A stretch of DNA of 64,000 bases, taken from the NCBI GenBank assembly GCA_951406725.2, contig OX597820.1:41602001-41666000 (forward strand), in the 5' to 3' direction. The position numbers were made by a program, and so were the translations under genes. This DNA comes from Octopus vulgaris (lineage: Eukaryota). Within the stretch, counting starts at the first letter, position 1, and every line of letters begins with the position of its first letter. Below are positions 28,758-42,312 of the stretch, one piece after another. Below the pieces are notes generated by a model, which did not search any database, was not told the DNA's origin, and saw only the letters and a program-made list of their open reading frames with translations.

Positions 28758-30108
28758 GTGCACATATGTATAAATGCGTATACATGTATGCAATGTTTTA
28801 CGCAGGGGTGTACATATACATACGTATTAAAACTAATGTCCCAGCCTCAATACCTAATTGACGTCAAGAGCACGACCAGCAAAGGATAAATTAGCGCAAG
28901 TATCTAAAAACGTTTTGGTTTGGCTCCAAGAACGTCTCCCTGCAATAGTTGTACCGTCGATCGATGCTGGACCAAAGTGTCGTTGCTTTGTGATCGATGG
29001 CTACTCTTTGATCTGGGCCTCTAGCATTATTGAACTTTAGATTAGATGATGGCTACTGTATAGCTGCTTCTAACGGAACTTTCATGGCCGACACTTTAAT
29101 GGTAAATGGTTGTAGTGATGCTGCTGCTGCTGCTGCTGTTGGTAGTGGTGGTGTTAGAGGTGGTAGTGGTAGTGGTTGCGGTTGTGTTGATGGGCATAGG
29201 GTGGACGTTGGTAATGTTGGTGGTGACGCTTGTGGAGCAGATGAAGATGATTTTAGATCTGGTGTTGGTGTCGGCGATATTTTTGGTTTTGATTGTAAAG
29301 GGTTTGGTGATGGCGCTGGTGGCGGTGGCAGTAATTGTGGTTGTGTTGCTGTAATGGTATAGTGGATGTGGTGACAGTGGTGGTAGTAGAAACTGTCGAT
29401 GGTGACAGCGTCAGTGGAACGACTGCTAATGGTTTGAAGTGATAGTATGAGGTGATAGCGGGTTTTGTTAGTGGTACTGGTCTAGTAAGGATACTAATGG
29501 TAAATAACGCTGAAAGTATTTGTATTGATGATGCATAGTCGTAGCACTAGTGGAAATGTTGCTAGTTGCTGCTCCTGATGTCAGGTGGTGCAGAGAGAAT
29601 GTTATTATTTGTGTTACAGCGGAGTAGTCGTAGTTGATCTAAGGCCACAAGCAGAACTACAAACGTTGTACTGGTGGTGACATTAGTGGAGGTGGAGGTG
29701 GGGGTAGAGGTTATGGCGGTGATGGTGGTAGTGGCAGTGGTTTTGGTGGTGATGGTTGAAGTGGTACCTGTGGCAGTTGTTAAAGTGGTAGTTGCTCAGG
29801 CTCAGACATCATAGTAATGTTACTGATTGTGATCGGTAATGGACGGTCGCTATTGTAGAATAAGGTGATGTAGACAGTTACAGCGTCGGGCTATGAATGG
29901 AATGACCGTCGTCGTCGTCGTCACGAGGATCTTCGTTGTCGTCGTGATGAACATCACACACGACAGAAGGGACAGAAGCCGTAACGAAAGCGTCAATCAA
30001 AGATTCATAGTTACTAATCAGTGTTGCCAATCTATAATAATGATAATGGGACACAGTAATGTTAATGCTGCTTGTAAAATAATTACAGCAGCTCTAGCAG
30101 TAACTGTA

Positions 30109-30166
<58 letters not shown>

Positions 30167-30644
30167 ACACATACACACACACACACATTCATTACATATA
30201 AATATATATGTATGTATATGTTGAAAGCTATATATCATAATCAAGGAGCAGTTTAAGTAATCACAAAAAAAGGCTACTTCTGGTCGCTCCTCTCTGTCAC
30301 TTCATATACGTATGTGTGTGTGTGTATTTGACTGTGTGAGTGTGAATTATAGTGTGTGTGAGAGAGAGAGGGAGAGAGAGAGAAGGGAAAAATAGAGGGG
30401 AGAGCGAGGGAGAGAGATGATCGGAATTTTTCACCGATATCGACGTATGGTCGCACAGAAGCAAAGCGCTGCCTCTATGCGAAGACTCGGGATTCTCCAG
30501 CAATACCGTTGACGTGTTTTACACGATTTCACTTCATTGCTACAGGACCTTCATAAAAGGAAATCGTTGTTGTTACAGAAAGTACGCATAATCTCACTCA
30601 CGTGTATGTCACTAATAATAACTTCCAGTTATTCTGATTCAAGT

Positions 30645-30958
30645 GGAGGCTCAATAGGTCAGTGGTTAGGGCAGCGGACTCGCGGTCGGGGGATCGCGGT
30701 TTCGATTCCCAGACCGAGCGTTGTGTGTTTTTACTGAGCGAAAACACTTAAAGCTCCACGAAGCTCCGGCAGGGGGTGGTGGCGATCCCTCTTGTACTCT
30801 TTCGCCACAACTTTCTTTCACTTATTCTTCCTGTTTCTTGAGTAACGCTGCGATGGACTGACATCCCGTCCAGCTGGGGGGAACACATAAGCCACAGAAA
30901 CTGGGAAACCGGGCCCATGAGCCTGGCTAGGCTTGAAAAAGGCGCATAAATAAAATTA
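30645..30958 (+). mobile_element. tRNA-derived SINE, apparently full length, tail type A
   Basis: A-box-like AGGTCAGTGG, B-box-like GGTTTCGATTCCC, ~180 bp shared with the copy at 52509, A-rich end, and putative TSD TGATTCA(A/C)GT at 30635-30644 and 30959-30968. Confidence 0.85.
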
Positions 30959-30969
30959 TGATTCACGTT

Positions 30970-32330
30970 TTCTCTCCCTCGTTTCCCAAGTTTAGTTATA
31001 TCTTCTAACACTTTACCACCTCAATTTCCAGTATCCCTTTGACCATATCTCTACCTGCATTGAGTACACTTATCTCATTTCACCCCTCTTTAAAAGTGTT
31101 TTCAGAGCCTTCCATACTCACCAATAGCACCGTGTAGCTATTTCATTCATGCCACTCCAATGCTTCCGGTACAAAAATTGAAACATTGGCGTTCCTTATC
31201 CCATTGTATCCTCTAGATGCGTCTAAAAGATTGATACACATATACTCCAAACACTTTTGATCTCTTTCTCACCTCCAAATCTAATCGCTACTAATCTGTA
31301 ACTGTCTTCACACCTACCACCCGTCCAACCAATTCTTCATCGCAACAACCACACACCCATCTGCAGCACCCTCTAAATCATACATCATAAGGAAAGATAA
31401 CGACTGGCCGGTGATCTATCAGTTTCGTTCCGACTAACCCCGGAATCATATGTGCATCGTTCTTGGTCCTCTAGTCGAATGTTCTAAAATTTATATGCCC
31501 CCGACCCTGCTTGCAACAAGGACATGGTACTTCACGTGCACCATGTGATTCACTCATAGAATTGTTGAAGCGGTTTGAGAAAATAAAATGGCCTATACTG
31601 CATGAAGACTTCACCTAGCCCAAAATCTGAATGGCTCAACCCAGAAAAAATAAACTGCTGCAAGACCACTATTGGAACCCAGAAAGATAATTTCAGAGAC
31701 GATATCTTTCAACCTTTCTTACTTCTAAAACTGCAACCAGTGCTTTAGGTAATTTGGTAAAGGTATAACACCAAATTTTCAGAATAAACTTTCCCTTGGC
31801 TTCTCGATGACCATGATTACCCACTGCACTCACTTGGTGAATCTCTTTCAAATTTAATTATCCACTTCTATCTTTTCAACCCTACTGCTTTACATTCACA
31901 TACGTCAAGTTCAGAATTTCTTCCGATTACTTCCAACCAACCAGGCCACATATCAAGTTAAATTTCCATCCATTCATTCAAACATTGTACCCCAGATCTA
32001 GTTATTATACTCACAAGTTGATTTTTCTCTTCAAAAGTTGGATGTCCCATTCTGTACTGGGATCTGTCTTCTTCTGTCTAGCATGAAAACAGGATACATA
32101 TTGTCCTATTAACAAGAAATTTTTTTCTGGACCAGTTTATTATTTCGCTAGCATATTTATTTTCAACGTCTTTAAGACAATGAAGACAGCCATTAACTAC
32201 GATGTTCTCAAAGACCTTGAATTTCTCTAAATCTTTCTTCTTAACCACCACAAATAGCCTGTCTGTAAAACTAGATTCATAGGTGACCTACATTTTCATG
32301 TCCCGTAAAAATGGGTCCTCGCTCTGAAGA
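30970..32330 (-). mobile_element. Decayed L1/Tx1-like LINE 5' region (ORF1 remnant plus AP-endonuclease N-terminus)
   Basis: Minus strand ~31510-31200 reads RVG.HINFR...IPGLVGTKL...RLDLEV...KVFGVYV, resembling APE motifs (xG.xNxR, xLxETKL, FxxxxVY), with many stops. The ORF1 assignment of the upstream part is inference. Confidence 0.45.
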
Positions 32331-32344
32331 AATTCGCTGGAAGC

Positions 32345-32500
32345 AGTTTGACTACGATCGAAATATTCATTTCGATGTCTGGCGTAAAATCTCGGATTCA
32401 AAATTCCTGCGTATGGCTCCACGCATCACTCATTTTTTGGATCAGTGGGTTCCTGTCAGATCACACTGCTGCGGCGTGTATTGACGAAGGCTTTTCTTTT
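32345..32500 (+). mobile_element. Short CR1/Jockey-like RT fragment
   Basis: FDVWRK...KIPAYG / LHASLIFWISGFLSDHTAAACIDEGFS resembles the 'FDxVWH...KLxxYG...L..WI.SFLS.R...V.VDG..S' RT segment. Confidence 0.5.
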
Positions 32501-33071
32501 CCTTTGTACATGTATGTATGCATGTATGTACGTATGTATGTATGTATGCATGCATATTTGTAAATATGTATGTATGCATGTATGCGTGTATGTATGTATG
32601 TATGTATATATGTATGTATGTATGTATGAATGTATGGAAATGAGTAAGTTTCTATGTATCTGAAGGCGGGAATAATTGATAAGTGACTTGAGAGTGACTG
32701 TGAGGTATTCTGTTGTATTTATGCGTATTTATTCATTCCGGCGTAACACTTCGATTCCTTCCTTTTCCCACTAAAAGTAACTTAACTTTTCTAGAAAACA
32801 GAGATTTGTAAAATAAACTCCTGACTGAAGTACATATTAAAGTTGATACGATAGACAAAGTCAGTTGATGCGGTGCTACAATATTTGTCCACTAAAACTA
32901 AAAAAAAAAAAGAATTATTTCCCAATACATGTTTTTGGGGTGAAAATAACACCATATTATTTGAAATAGGTGTTCAAGTTACAGGAAAAGTACACCACTA
33001 TAGGAAGTCATATATTGATTAGCAAAAGTAACAGAAAGTAAAATAGTGATTGAATAGAATACAAACTACCT

Positions 33072-33086
33072 ATGTTATATATATAC

Positions 33087-33122
<36 letters not shown>

Positions 33123-33193
33123 ATACATGTACTTATGTGTATATATATATATGAATATATATATATATGTATATATATGTATATATATATGTG

Positions 33194-33241
<48 letters not shown>

Positions 33242-33499
33242 GTATATATATATGTGTATATATATATATGTATATATATGTATATATATGTATATATATT
33301 TATGTATATATATATATATGTATATATATGTATATATATTTATGTATATATATATATATATGTATATATATGTATATATATATGTATATATATGTATATA
33401 TATATATATGTATATATATATGTATATATATATGTATATATATATATGTATATATATATGTATATATATATATGTATACATGTATATATATATATATGC

Positions 33500-33535
<36 letters not shown>

Positions 33536-33606
33536 ATATCTATATGTATACATATATATATGTATACATATATATATGTATATATATATATGTGTATATA
33601 TATATG

Positions 33607-33640
<34 letters not shown>

Positions 33641-33714
33641 TGTATATATATATGTATACATATATATATATATGTATATATATATGTATATATATATATG
33701 TATATATATGTATG

Positions 33715-33747
<33 letters not shown>

Positions 33748-33828
33748 GTATAGATATATGTATATATATATATGTATATATATATATGTATATATATATG
33801 TATGTATATATATATGTATATATATATG

Positions 33829-33859
<31 letters not shown>

Positions 33860-33905
33860 GTATATATATATATACATATTTATATATATATGTGTGTGTG
33901 TGTGT
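33072..33905. repeat. ~830-bp interrupted (TA)n/(TATG) array
   Basis: Direct reading; source of the longest 'ORFs' in the track (up to 294 aa of Y/I/M/C). Confidence 0.97.
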
Positions 33906-34916
33906 GCTTTTTGTGTACTCATACATACACAAACATATCTATGTATACACCGATAGAAAGAAAAGAGAAAGAAGTGGAGTGATACATAGATACACTCAAA
34001 CATACATAAATAAAAAGATACAAATTTGTGAGAGATTGTGGAGAAAAGAAATGAAAATATAAATGAAAAGCAAAATACGAGACATTAAAGGAAGGCTTCA
34101 ATATTCATCCATCAAGTTTAATTTGTGTTCCTATCCCAATACAAAGTGACCCGTAGTGTTTGGCCACTTTCAATAGGGATTTTTAAAAAAGAAATCTATC
34201 CAGCCCCTTTTGTCGATATATCGTTTCTTTACGCTTACTTTAGCAGCAATATTGATATAACATGAAGCATAACCACCATCTCTGCGCCCCCTTGTTCTTG
34301 TTCATTCTCTCTCAATTCATACATACATACATACATACATACATACATACATCAATTCATACTCTTATTAATGATTTTGTTTTTATGATAAATAGCTTCC
34401 CAAGTCACAGGGATTCATAATTCCGGTGCTTAACTTCAGATTCAGTAGCTTTTAGCGTGCGAGGCATGAGTCAACCCCTGCTAACACGCTAGACCATCGC
34501 AGTCAATATTCCAATATTAAAGCATCTGTTTCCAACAACTAGAGAACTGAGGCATGTAAAATTAAGTGTATGGCAAAAATTATGTAATACATCATAGAAA
34601 AATAGAAATACATTATAGAAAAATTACGCAATATATCATAAAGCAACATACACTGTAGTCAGACAGTTTATATATCAATCGATTTTCAGAATAAATCATC
34701 TGATGGTGTAAATTTGACAATAAATATTGGAGAAAATTTAGGTAACACACCATAGAACAGACGAATTAATTCCATACAAGAATATATATTTCGCGTTTTT
34801 TTTTCTGAAATATCTTCGGGTTTATAACTCCAAAGAGGCGCTTCGTATCTTACAATGGAAGAATCATAAATTCGTCTCAAACAACAACCATCTTAATGAT
34901 ACACATACACACACAC

Positions 34917-34964
<48 letters not shown>

Positions 34965-35176
34965 CAGAGAGAGAGAGAGATGGATAGATAGATATACATA
35001 CATACATACACACATATATATATATGTGTGTATGTGTATATATATATATATATACTTACATCTATACATATATATTATAAAGACAAGGACAAAAGGAAAT
35101 TTCATACACAAAGTATTTGGTTATACGTTCTTAGTCATGTTTTATTGACAATAAAACAGTGATATACAATGAAAAC

Positions 35177-35214
35177 TATATATTTATGAGAGAGGGGAAA
35201 ACAGGAGAGAGAGA

Positions 35215-35254
<40 letters not shown>

Positions 35255-35340
35255 TCTCTCTCTCCTTTTTTCCCCTCTCTCATAAATATATAACAGGAGA
35301 GAGAGAGAGAGAGAGAGAGTGAGAGAGAGACCTACATATA
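35177..35340. repeat. Quasi-palindrome centred on (TA)n plus a third partial arm
   Basis: Arms 35177-35218 and 35251-35292 are reverse complements with 2 mismatches; 35293-35340 repeats part of the left arm. Confidence 0.9.
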
Positions 35341-36120
35341 CAATGCCCCAATCTTTACGATATATGTGGTAATATATACAACTTAAAACTTAAACGACGG
35401 TGAATAACTTATGTAGAATAAAATTTATTTACGAATAAAACAAAAAAAAAATGTTTGCAACATGTTTAAACTTTCTTGCGTTGTTTTACATATGCAGACA
35501 CAAATTTGTAGGTAGACACATATATTCAGTGTTAATATTTAAATGTATTCCACCGAATAGAGGCATGAAGCTTAAAAATTGTCCCAAGAATTCGATACGA
35601 GTTAATATTCACGATATATCGATGATATAAGCGCTACGAGGAAGGATGTATTTTGACTGGCATTCAATGTGTTCAGTAGGCAAACAACTGCAACATATAT
35701 GAACTCCAATGTATTCTTCCGTAGCTCCTCTGCTTTTACTTTCACTTTACACATATACACGATGCCGGCATAGACACAGAGATATATGTGCTAGGAAGTA
35801 GTCTATGATAAAGACAATAAGCTATCGAATCAATTTTGTAGAATCACTTATGACCCACTTAAGAAACATCGTATAAATGTAAGTGTACCTCTGTTCTCGT
35901 GTTTACCATTTCTTTGTAACTCAAGACCCAACCCAATGGACAAGTTATTCAACGTTACTTCATAATAGAAGTAATTTAGAACAATTATAATTTTGTCAAA
36001 AGCAAATATCGATCATCTGCACATAAAGAAGAAAAATCAAATGCGATTTGCCACGACAAATAATATTATGAATGTAACACATCTAAGGCATGATGTTGAC
36101 ACCATACTTATTCCGTCATC

Positions 36121-36224
36121 AAATTCGACATTGGCGGATATTGAACTCAGAGCGCGAAGACGGACGAAAATCCCGCTAAGTATTTTGCCCAGGCGTACAA
36201 AAGATTCTGCCAGCTCGCCGCCTT
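36121..36224 (-). mobile_element. 5' part of a Nin/Deu-domain-type SINE
   Basis: Reverse complement AAGGCGGCGAGCTGGCAGAATC...ACGCCTGGGCAAAATACTTAGCGG...CTGAGTTCAATATCCGCC matches the copies at 54933 and 62355. Confidence 0.8.
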
Positions 36225-36293
36225 ACCAAAGGAAATATGTGTGTGTGTGTGTATATGTGTATATATGTGTGTATGTGTGTCTGTGTATATGTA

Positions 36294-36334
<41 letters not shown>

Positions 36335-36974
36335 TTAAGAAGAATGTTATTTGAGACGAATTTATGATTCTTCTATTGTAAGATACGAAGAGCCTCTTTG
36401 GAGTTATAAACCCGAATTTATATAATCAAATGCAGTAAAAGAAATAAAGTAAAATTATATTAAGCGTGCTTGCAGATTCGACAAGCCAAATTTTAGAAAC
36501 CAAATTGCAACAATGATTACTGCAATATAAATTTTGTTCGATTTAACATGAAGTCGATGATTTTACTGGTTACATTGAATTTACAAATTACATTGGGTGC
36601 TGAATTATGTTGTGTGGCTTGCAAATTTGGATTTTTCATGTTGATATGTAGATGTTTAATTTTCTTAATTTTGCTATATACGTTAGCTTTTGGTCAGATG
36701 TGATACAAGTGCTATATTTATCAGTTTGTTAATGAGAATCAGTTGTATAATTAAGTTGGTTTTTGTTGGGTTTTGCCTAATTTGCATGAGGGTAAATTTC
36801 TATTGCTTGGTCTAGAAACCTATTCGACTATTTGTTGTCAGCAAGTGGTTTTGCTAGGTAAATCCCCACATATGTTACCTTTGCCATTCATTCATTCATT
36901 CATTCGTTCGTTCTTTCATTCATTCATTCATTCATTCATTCAAAATCAATAATATGAGATAGTTCTTTGTTGTT

Positions 36975-37150
36975 GTTCTTGTTTGATCGGTTCAATTATA
37001 CTCGGGCAGATCTATGATCAAAGCTGTTCCAATCCTGATCTTATCTATTTCATGCATTATCAAACCAAAGGATCTTCCCATTCTCAAGAGAGTACCATGT
37101 GATTTAAGGAAGATTTGGCCACTATATCTAGCACGTCAGATCCCTCAGTA
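36975..37150 (+). mobile_element. Degenerate short interspersed repeat (family of 18985 and 57135)
   Basis: GCAGATCTATGATCAAAGCTGTTCCAATCCTGA...TGTGATTTAAGGAAGATTTGGCCACTATATCTAGCA. Confidence 0.55.
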
Positions 37151-37739
37151 GTTGTTCTCTATTGGGTAAAGGTAATAATTTATATATCGCGGTGGATTCC
37201 TTTCTACCCCGTTAAATATCAGCGCTACAATAAAATTGAGAGTTTTAATTGTTGTCAATGTTTTCAACATAATAAATAACCACAGTAAGGAATACACCGA
37301 CTAGGAAGATATATTAATAGTTAGCTAAAGGTATTTAAATTAATTAAAATATCTTGGCTTTCTAAACTAAGTATATTAACAACACTTTGTTAATTACTTT
37401 TCATGTACCAGGTATCAGAGTGAACACTATGTCTCTAACACTCAATCTATCGATTTATCTGCTGTCATTCAATTCATCTTTATTGATTACACTTATTAGA
37501 CCGCGGCCATAATGTGGCATACACTCAATCGCTAATATTGACTACTTAATCGTTCTCGTAAAAAATGGAAGTCAATGCGAATTGGGACCTAAAGAGACGT
37601 CAACTGACAGCGAAATACTGAGAGATATTGCAAGATGCATAGATTTTGCAGTTTGTTGATTACAATGGACTCTCTTGTCGATTCGATGAATGAGTTTTCA
37701 GCAGGACCTGTATGCACAGTGTTCTCGGTTGGTTGTTTT

Positions 37740-38095
37740 GCTGTCTAGTGGTTTGAAGATCATGTTGAAGGCGTTGTAGTGGTGGTCTCCGTCATCTGGC
37801 GGTAGATTCGACCTTCCTCTACATTGGGTTCTTCCAGCCTCCAATTGTTGATCCTGGCTACATTAATGTCAGAGATGATGATCTCGTAACATCTTCTCCA
37901 CTGAGTTCTATTCAGTGCTATCAATTCTCTTGTCTTCAGATATATCTTGCAGGTTTTTAGGCAGGTATCTAGAGTATCCTTATAATTGAGTGGTGGGCGG
38001 TCTTGGTGCCTGGCACTACAGCTAATCTGACCATAATAGGTACGTGAGTGTCTTCCATGCAAACAACATAGCCCAGCTCAGTTGCGCATTGATAT
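37740..38095 (-). mobile_element. RTE/BovB-like LINE, C-terminal ORF fragment
   Basis: AQLSWA (QLRWAGH-like), then YYGQISCSARHQDRPPLNYKDTLDTCLKTCKI...ELIALNRTQWRR, matching the RTE 'LYGEL..G.R..GRP.LRYKD.LK..LK...I....WE..A..R..WR' pattern. Confidence 0.75.
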
Positions 38096-39829
38096 GTCAC
38101 GGTCTTGCTCTCTCGTGTATTATATGCGTGTGCGTGTATACATATATATGCAAAGGCACATAGACAGGAGTAATGTTATAGGTTCCTATGGGTGTCTGTG
38201 TTATATCTGTCTATGTATCACTGCAGTTTGTCTCTTTCTCTATCTATTATAACTGTTATTGGCGTTGTTCATAGCTGCTCTTTACTGCAAGCATTTCCCG
38301 AAAAAATCGTCGTCATCGTCGCTGTTGTTTCTGCGGCTATTCATGTTGTTGTTGTTGTTGTTGTAACTGTTCGGGAATTGGAATTTAACAAGGAAAAAAA
38401 AAAGGAGAGAAATTAAAGAAATAAATAGCGCTGCTGGAAAGGAAACGAAAGAAGATAAAAGAATAAAACAAAATATATGAAGAATCCATTTGTATGGTTT
38501 CAATTCTACCAGCGAGCCATTAGGTTTTATTCTATATTGCCACTATTGTCTTTACTTGGTGATCAACATCCTAAACTGGGCATCGTTCGTCTAACTTATA
38601 AAATAACGGAACTGGAAACCTTATAGTAGTGTTCATTTTCTCAGTTTCACATACACTCATATACTCGTTAAAACGCAAGCATTCATAGACAAACATAGAA
38701 CGATATATAAACACGTAAATATATATACACACTGTAGGAAAAAAAAAACACATGCATACACACATCTTTCCTGCTTCGCACTAAGAAATTCAGATAAACA
38801 TATTTGCAATGCGCTTATAGATACGAACATTCACGCAAAGTATGTGGTATATACTCACATTCATCTGAGCACATATTGTGAAAGACATACATAAAATACA
38901 ATTACAGGAAAATTGCAGACACACAGATTAGCGCACGCGCACGCGCACGCGCACGCGCACGTGGTCGTATACGAGCGCGTAGAACTTCGAGTAAACAAAT
39001 GCACACATGCATATTTGTAAAGAACCTGATAACATATAAATAAACACATAAGAATTCATAATAAGATACACGTATAGTTGTTCGAAAATATACAGGAATG
39101 CATATGCACAAAAGCAGAATAATAAACTAGTGCACACAGTTGAACACACAAACGTAAACACGAACACACCACTGGCCTCAACGCTATATAGATACCTGCA
39201 GAAGCACAAAAACACACAGGTATCCATACATTATTCACATACACACACACACACACACACCCATCTTTAATGAGTTTCCGATTATTAATCCATGCTCTTG
39301 ACTATTAATCCATGTGTTAGGGCCCCATATAGATCATCATTATGCGGCCGACTCCCAGGATAGAAGTTAGTTATGCACTAAAGCTAGCGATGTTACAAGC
39401 TATAGTATACATAGAGCAAACCAATACAAATAGTTAATTCCTATGTACGTTTCACTAGTGAACTAATTTGGAATTCATCATGGCCGTTGCAAGTGCATTA
39501 GAATGTCTAAACGCAAGATATTATCAGAGGAACATTATTGCATTCTGTGACAAAGGAAAGATACTCAGGAACTAAGTAATTATACTGATATATATCTTAA
39601 ACAATATATATATATGTATGTATGTATTCAGACATAAAGTTTGATGTAAATGAATCGTAGTTGGTTTCGACAAAGAGTTTTCTAGTTACTCGGTCATGTT
39701 AACTACTTTCCATCTACTCATTGAATTATAGTGTAGGTGTCTGAGTATTCCCCAGAGCCATATATTTATCACGTAAGTCTCAAGGACAGTGAGAGTAAAA
39801 TTGACTCTCAATTAAAAGTACAATCCATT

Positions 39830-40050
39830 CCATGAGCTTCCATGCTGTCTCCGCCCACCCAGTTCCACTTACAATACTGAGGTCGACCTGAGACATTTGA
39901 ATCAGACTCCAGCTAGTGGGATTGGACCCGGTATCACAGAAAAGCAAAGCTGACCACGGCAAAATTTGAACTCAGACCACGAAGAACAAAGACAAATATG
40001 ATAAGGAATATGTCAGACGTTCCATCATTCCGATCATTTGCTGTTTAAGA
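39830..40050 (-). mobile_element. Two adjacent decayed SINE fragments (CORE-type, then Nin/Deu-type head)
   Basis: 39830-39932 resembles the 27862 copy; 39940-40050 has AAAGCTGACCACGGCAAAATTTGAACTCAGA, like the reverse complement of the 62355 family. Confidence 0.55.
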
Positions 40051-40118
40051 ATTGATTAAAAGACGTTCAGTTGTCATGCAATATGTTTAGAATTAATAAC
40101 CATACTCAATTTATTATA

Positions 40119-41312
40119 TCAGGTTGGTGAAAATTTAAAGGCCGATTTTAAGGTCTCTATTAAAAACGAAAAAAAGCCATGATTAAGACAATATTTATTC
40201 GTTGACATAATTTCCACTGCTTTCTAGAACTTCGTTACATCTTTCAACAAGCTTATAAATGCCACGCTTGTAAAATTGTTTAGGTTTTCATTTTCGGCCT
40301 CTTGATGTCAATCTAAGATAATTCAAACGGTTCTGTGATCCCTGCAACAACTGATAATCAGAAAGAGCGAGGTCTGGAGAATATGGAGGATGAAGTAATG
40401 TTTCCCAACCAAGCTTTGGTCAGTCGAGTTGTATGAAGACGAGCATTATCATGGTGAAAGATGCCACACTTTCTGTTGATTAAGCAGTGTCGCTTTCTGT
40501 TCAAAGCGGCTTTCAAACAATGAAGTTGATCACAGTAGAGATTACCAGTAATTGTTTGATTGCTCTATAACAGTTCGTAATGGGCAATTTCTTCAATACC
40601 CCAGCATACACTCAACATGATCTTCCTTGGATGAAGTTTCCCTCTTAGTTGTTGAACAGGTCTTCCTCCTCGACTGATCCAGGATTGGCGGCGTTCAACG
40701 TTATAATAAAGGATCCACTTCTCATTATATGTAATAAGCCTTCCTATGGTGTGAAAACAATGACTGACCGCAAACAACACGCCGTTGCAGATTCTCTGGT
40801 GACAGTTCGTGCGAGATCCATTTTCCAGCCATGGAAACCTTTCCAATCCTTTTCAAACGGAGTAGAACAATTGTATGGGCTTCGGTAAACTGTTCTGCAA
40901 GGGCTCTACAAATAGCGGTTTCACTTTCTGTGACAGCAGCTTCCAACTCTTCGATATCGTGTCGTTTTGAACGACCTTCTTTCAAACTCAAATTCCCACA
41001 TCCGAAGCGAGAAAACCATCTTCTTTCACTCACTACATCATCTCTATAAAGCCTGTGAAGAAATTTTGCTGCTGCGCTTGCATTGACACCTTTATGAAAC
41101 TCATAGAGTAAGATATGTCTAATGTGATCTTTAGATGGGACATGGGTGCGAATATGGCAGAAGATTATAGCCAATACAATGAGAAACTGAAAGAAAAATG
41201 TGTAAATTACTCATTGTGACATTCTTAAAACATCGCAAGAGGTACAATTTAAAAAAATACTATCTAAAACTATTTTCTAAAAGAATTGGCTATTACATTT
41301 GCACCAACCTGA
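40119..41312 (-). mobile_element. mariner (DD34D-type) transposon, near full length, degenerate, with Hsmar1/cecropia-like TIRs
   Basis: TIRs TCAGGTTGGTGAAAATTTAAAGGCCGATT and (rc) TCAGGTTGGTGCAAATGTAATAGCCAATT with TA on both sides. Transposase pieces are HIRHILLYEF, RWFSRF, GKWISHEL (WVPHEL), ITYNEKWILY, HPRKIMLSVCW, HHDNAR and LLHPPYSPDLALSDY. Confidence 0.93.
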
Positions 41313-42227
41313 TATTTTCAGCGAACATTTCTATAAAGTTATCTAATGACCATAGCATCAGTAGTGTAAGATGAAGACTACACACCTACTGAAAAAGCTA
41401 TGATCATCGCAAAAATCGGAGTCTTCTGCCCATCTAATGTAGTGATTTAACATATTTTATCAAAAATAAAATTAGCCGCAAAGTGAGAACGGATTATTAT
41501 TATTAAAATAACAACTTCTGATGAAGAAGGAGAGGATAGAGAACCTCTGGGATTAAAACTTATTAAAGCCAAAATTATAATGTATTCGAAAGTAATCCGG
41601 AGGTTTTGGCTATACGAACATATTCACAAAGGGATATATTCTTCACCAGGCTTCACAAATCTATAGCAACAATTAGTCTACTACGCTAATGAGGTCTAAT
41701 AATACTGAAATATGTCCAAAGTTGTCAGTTTAAAACCAAAGGACTGATTACTGCTACAAAATTCTAAATTTAATTAATTTTCAATAAATTTCTCAGTTAT
41801 AAGGGTTGCCGAGATTTATGACCAAAATTAGTCAATTAGATAATGACTGATTTTATTTCCACGATTATAATTTTTAACTAACTAAAATTTCGACATCTAT
41901 TATCCTGGTGCCTAACTTATTAAGTCAGACTACTTGACTGATGGGTAGAAACTGAACTTTAGAAAAGAATGCAAAATCATAGACGAGCAAAGACTTAAGA
42001 TGACAAATACAAAGACAAAAAGCAATGAAGGCTCAGAGGATCGTATGTGTATGTGTCTGTGTGAGATATAGATTGAAGAAAGTAAATGAGTGGTAGGAGA
42101 CATAGGAAATGACATGTAAAAGGAATTTATAAATAGGCACATATATAAATGCAAGCGAATGTAGGGTGCTTCAAACAAGAGAGAAATAAAAACGCAAGAA
42201 ACAAGAACTGTGTGACAAAGACAAATT

Positions 42228-42259
<32 letters not shown>

Positions 42260-42260
42260 T

Positions 42261-42312
<52 letters not shown>

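Noticed and set aside
29030-29362. Gly/Asp-rich 110-aa ORF
   Set aside because: Lies in a GGT/GTG-rich low-complexity tract, with no recognisable domain or splice support.
30645-30720. tRNA gene (also at 52509 and 27997)
   Set aside because: A/B boxes are present but there is no complete cloverleaf, and the sequence continues into a SINE body.
33072-34003. Long ORFs (216-294 aa) and the many other YI/CV/HT/LSIY-repeat ORFs across the window
   Set aside because: Translations of stop-free microsatellites in several frames and both strands, with no protein-like complexity.
34395-34505. tRNA/5S-like motifs on the minus strand (TGGTCTAGCG, GAAGTTAAGCA)
   Set aside because: Isolated short matches with no B box or 5S continuity; at most an unclassified decayed SINE.
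41518-41652. CTGATGA plus imperfect inverted repeats (AACCTCTGGGATTA / TAATCCGGAGGTT)
   Set aside because: I could not assemble a hammerhead on either strand; the GAAA-stem III-UH part is missing.
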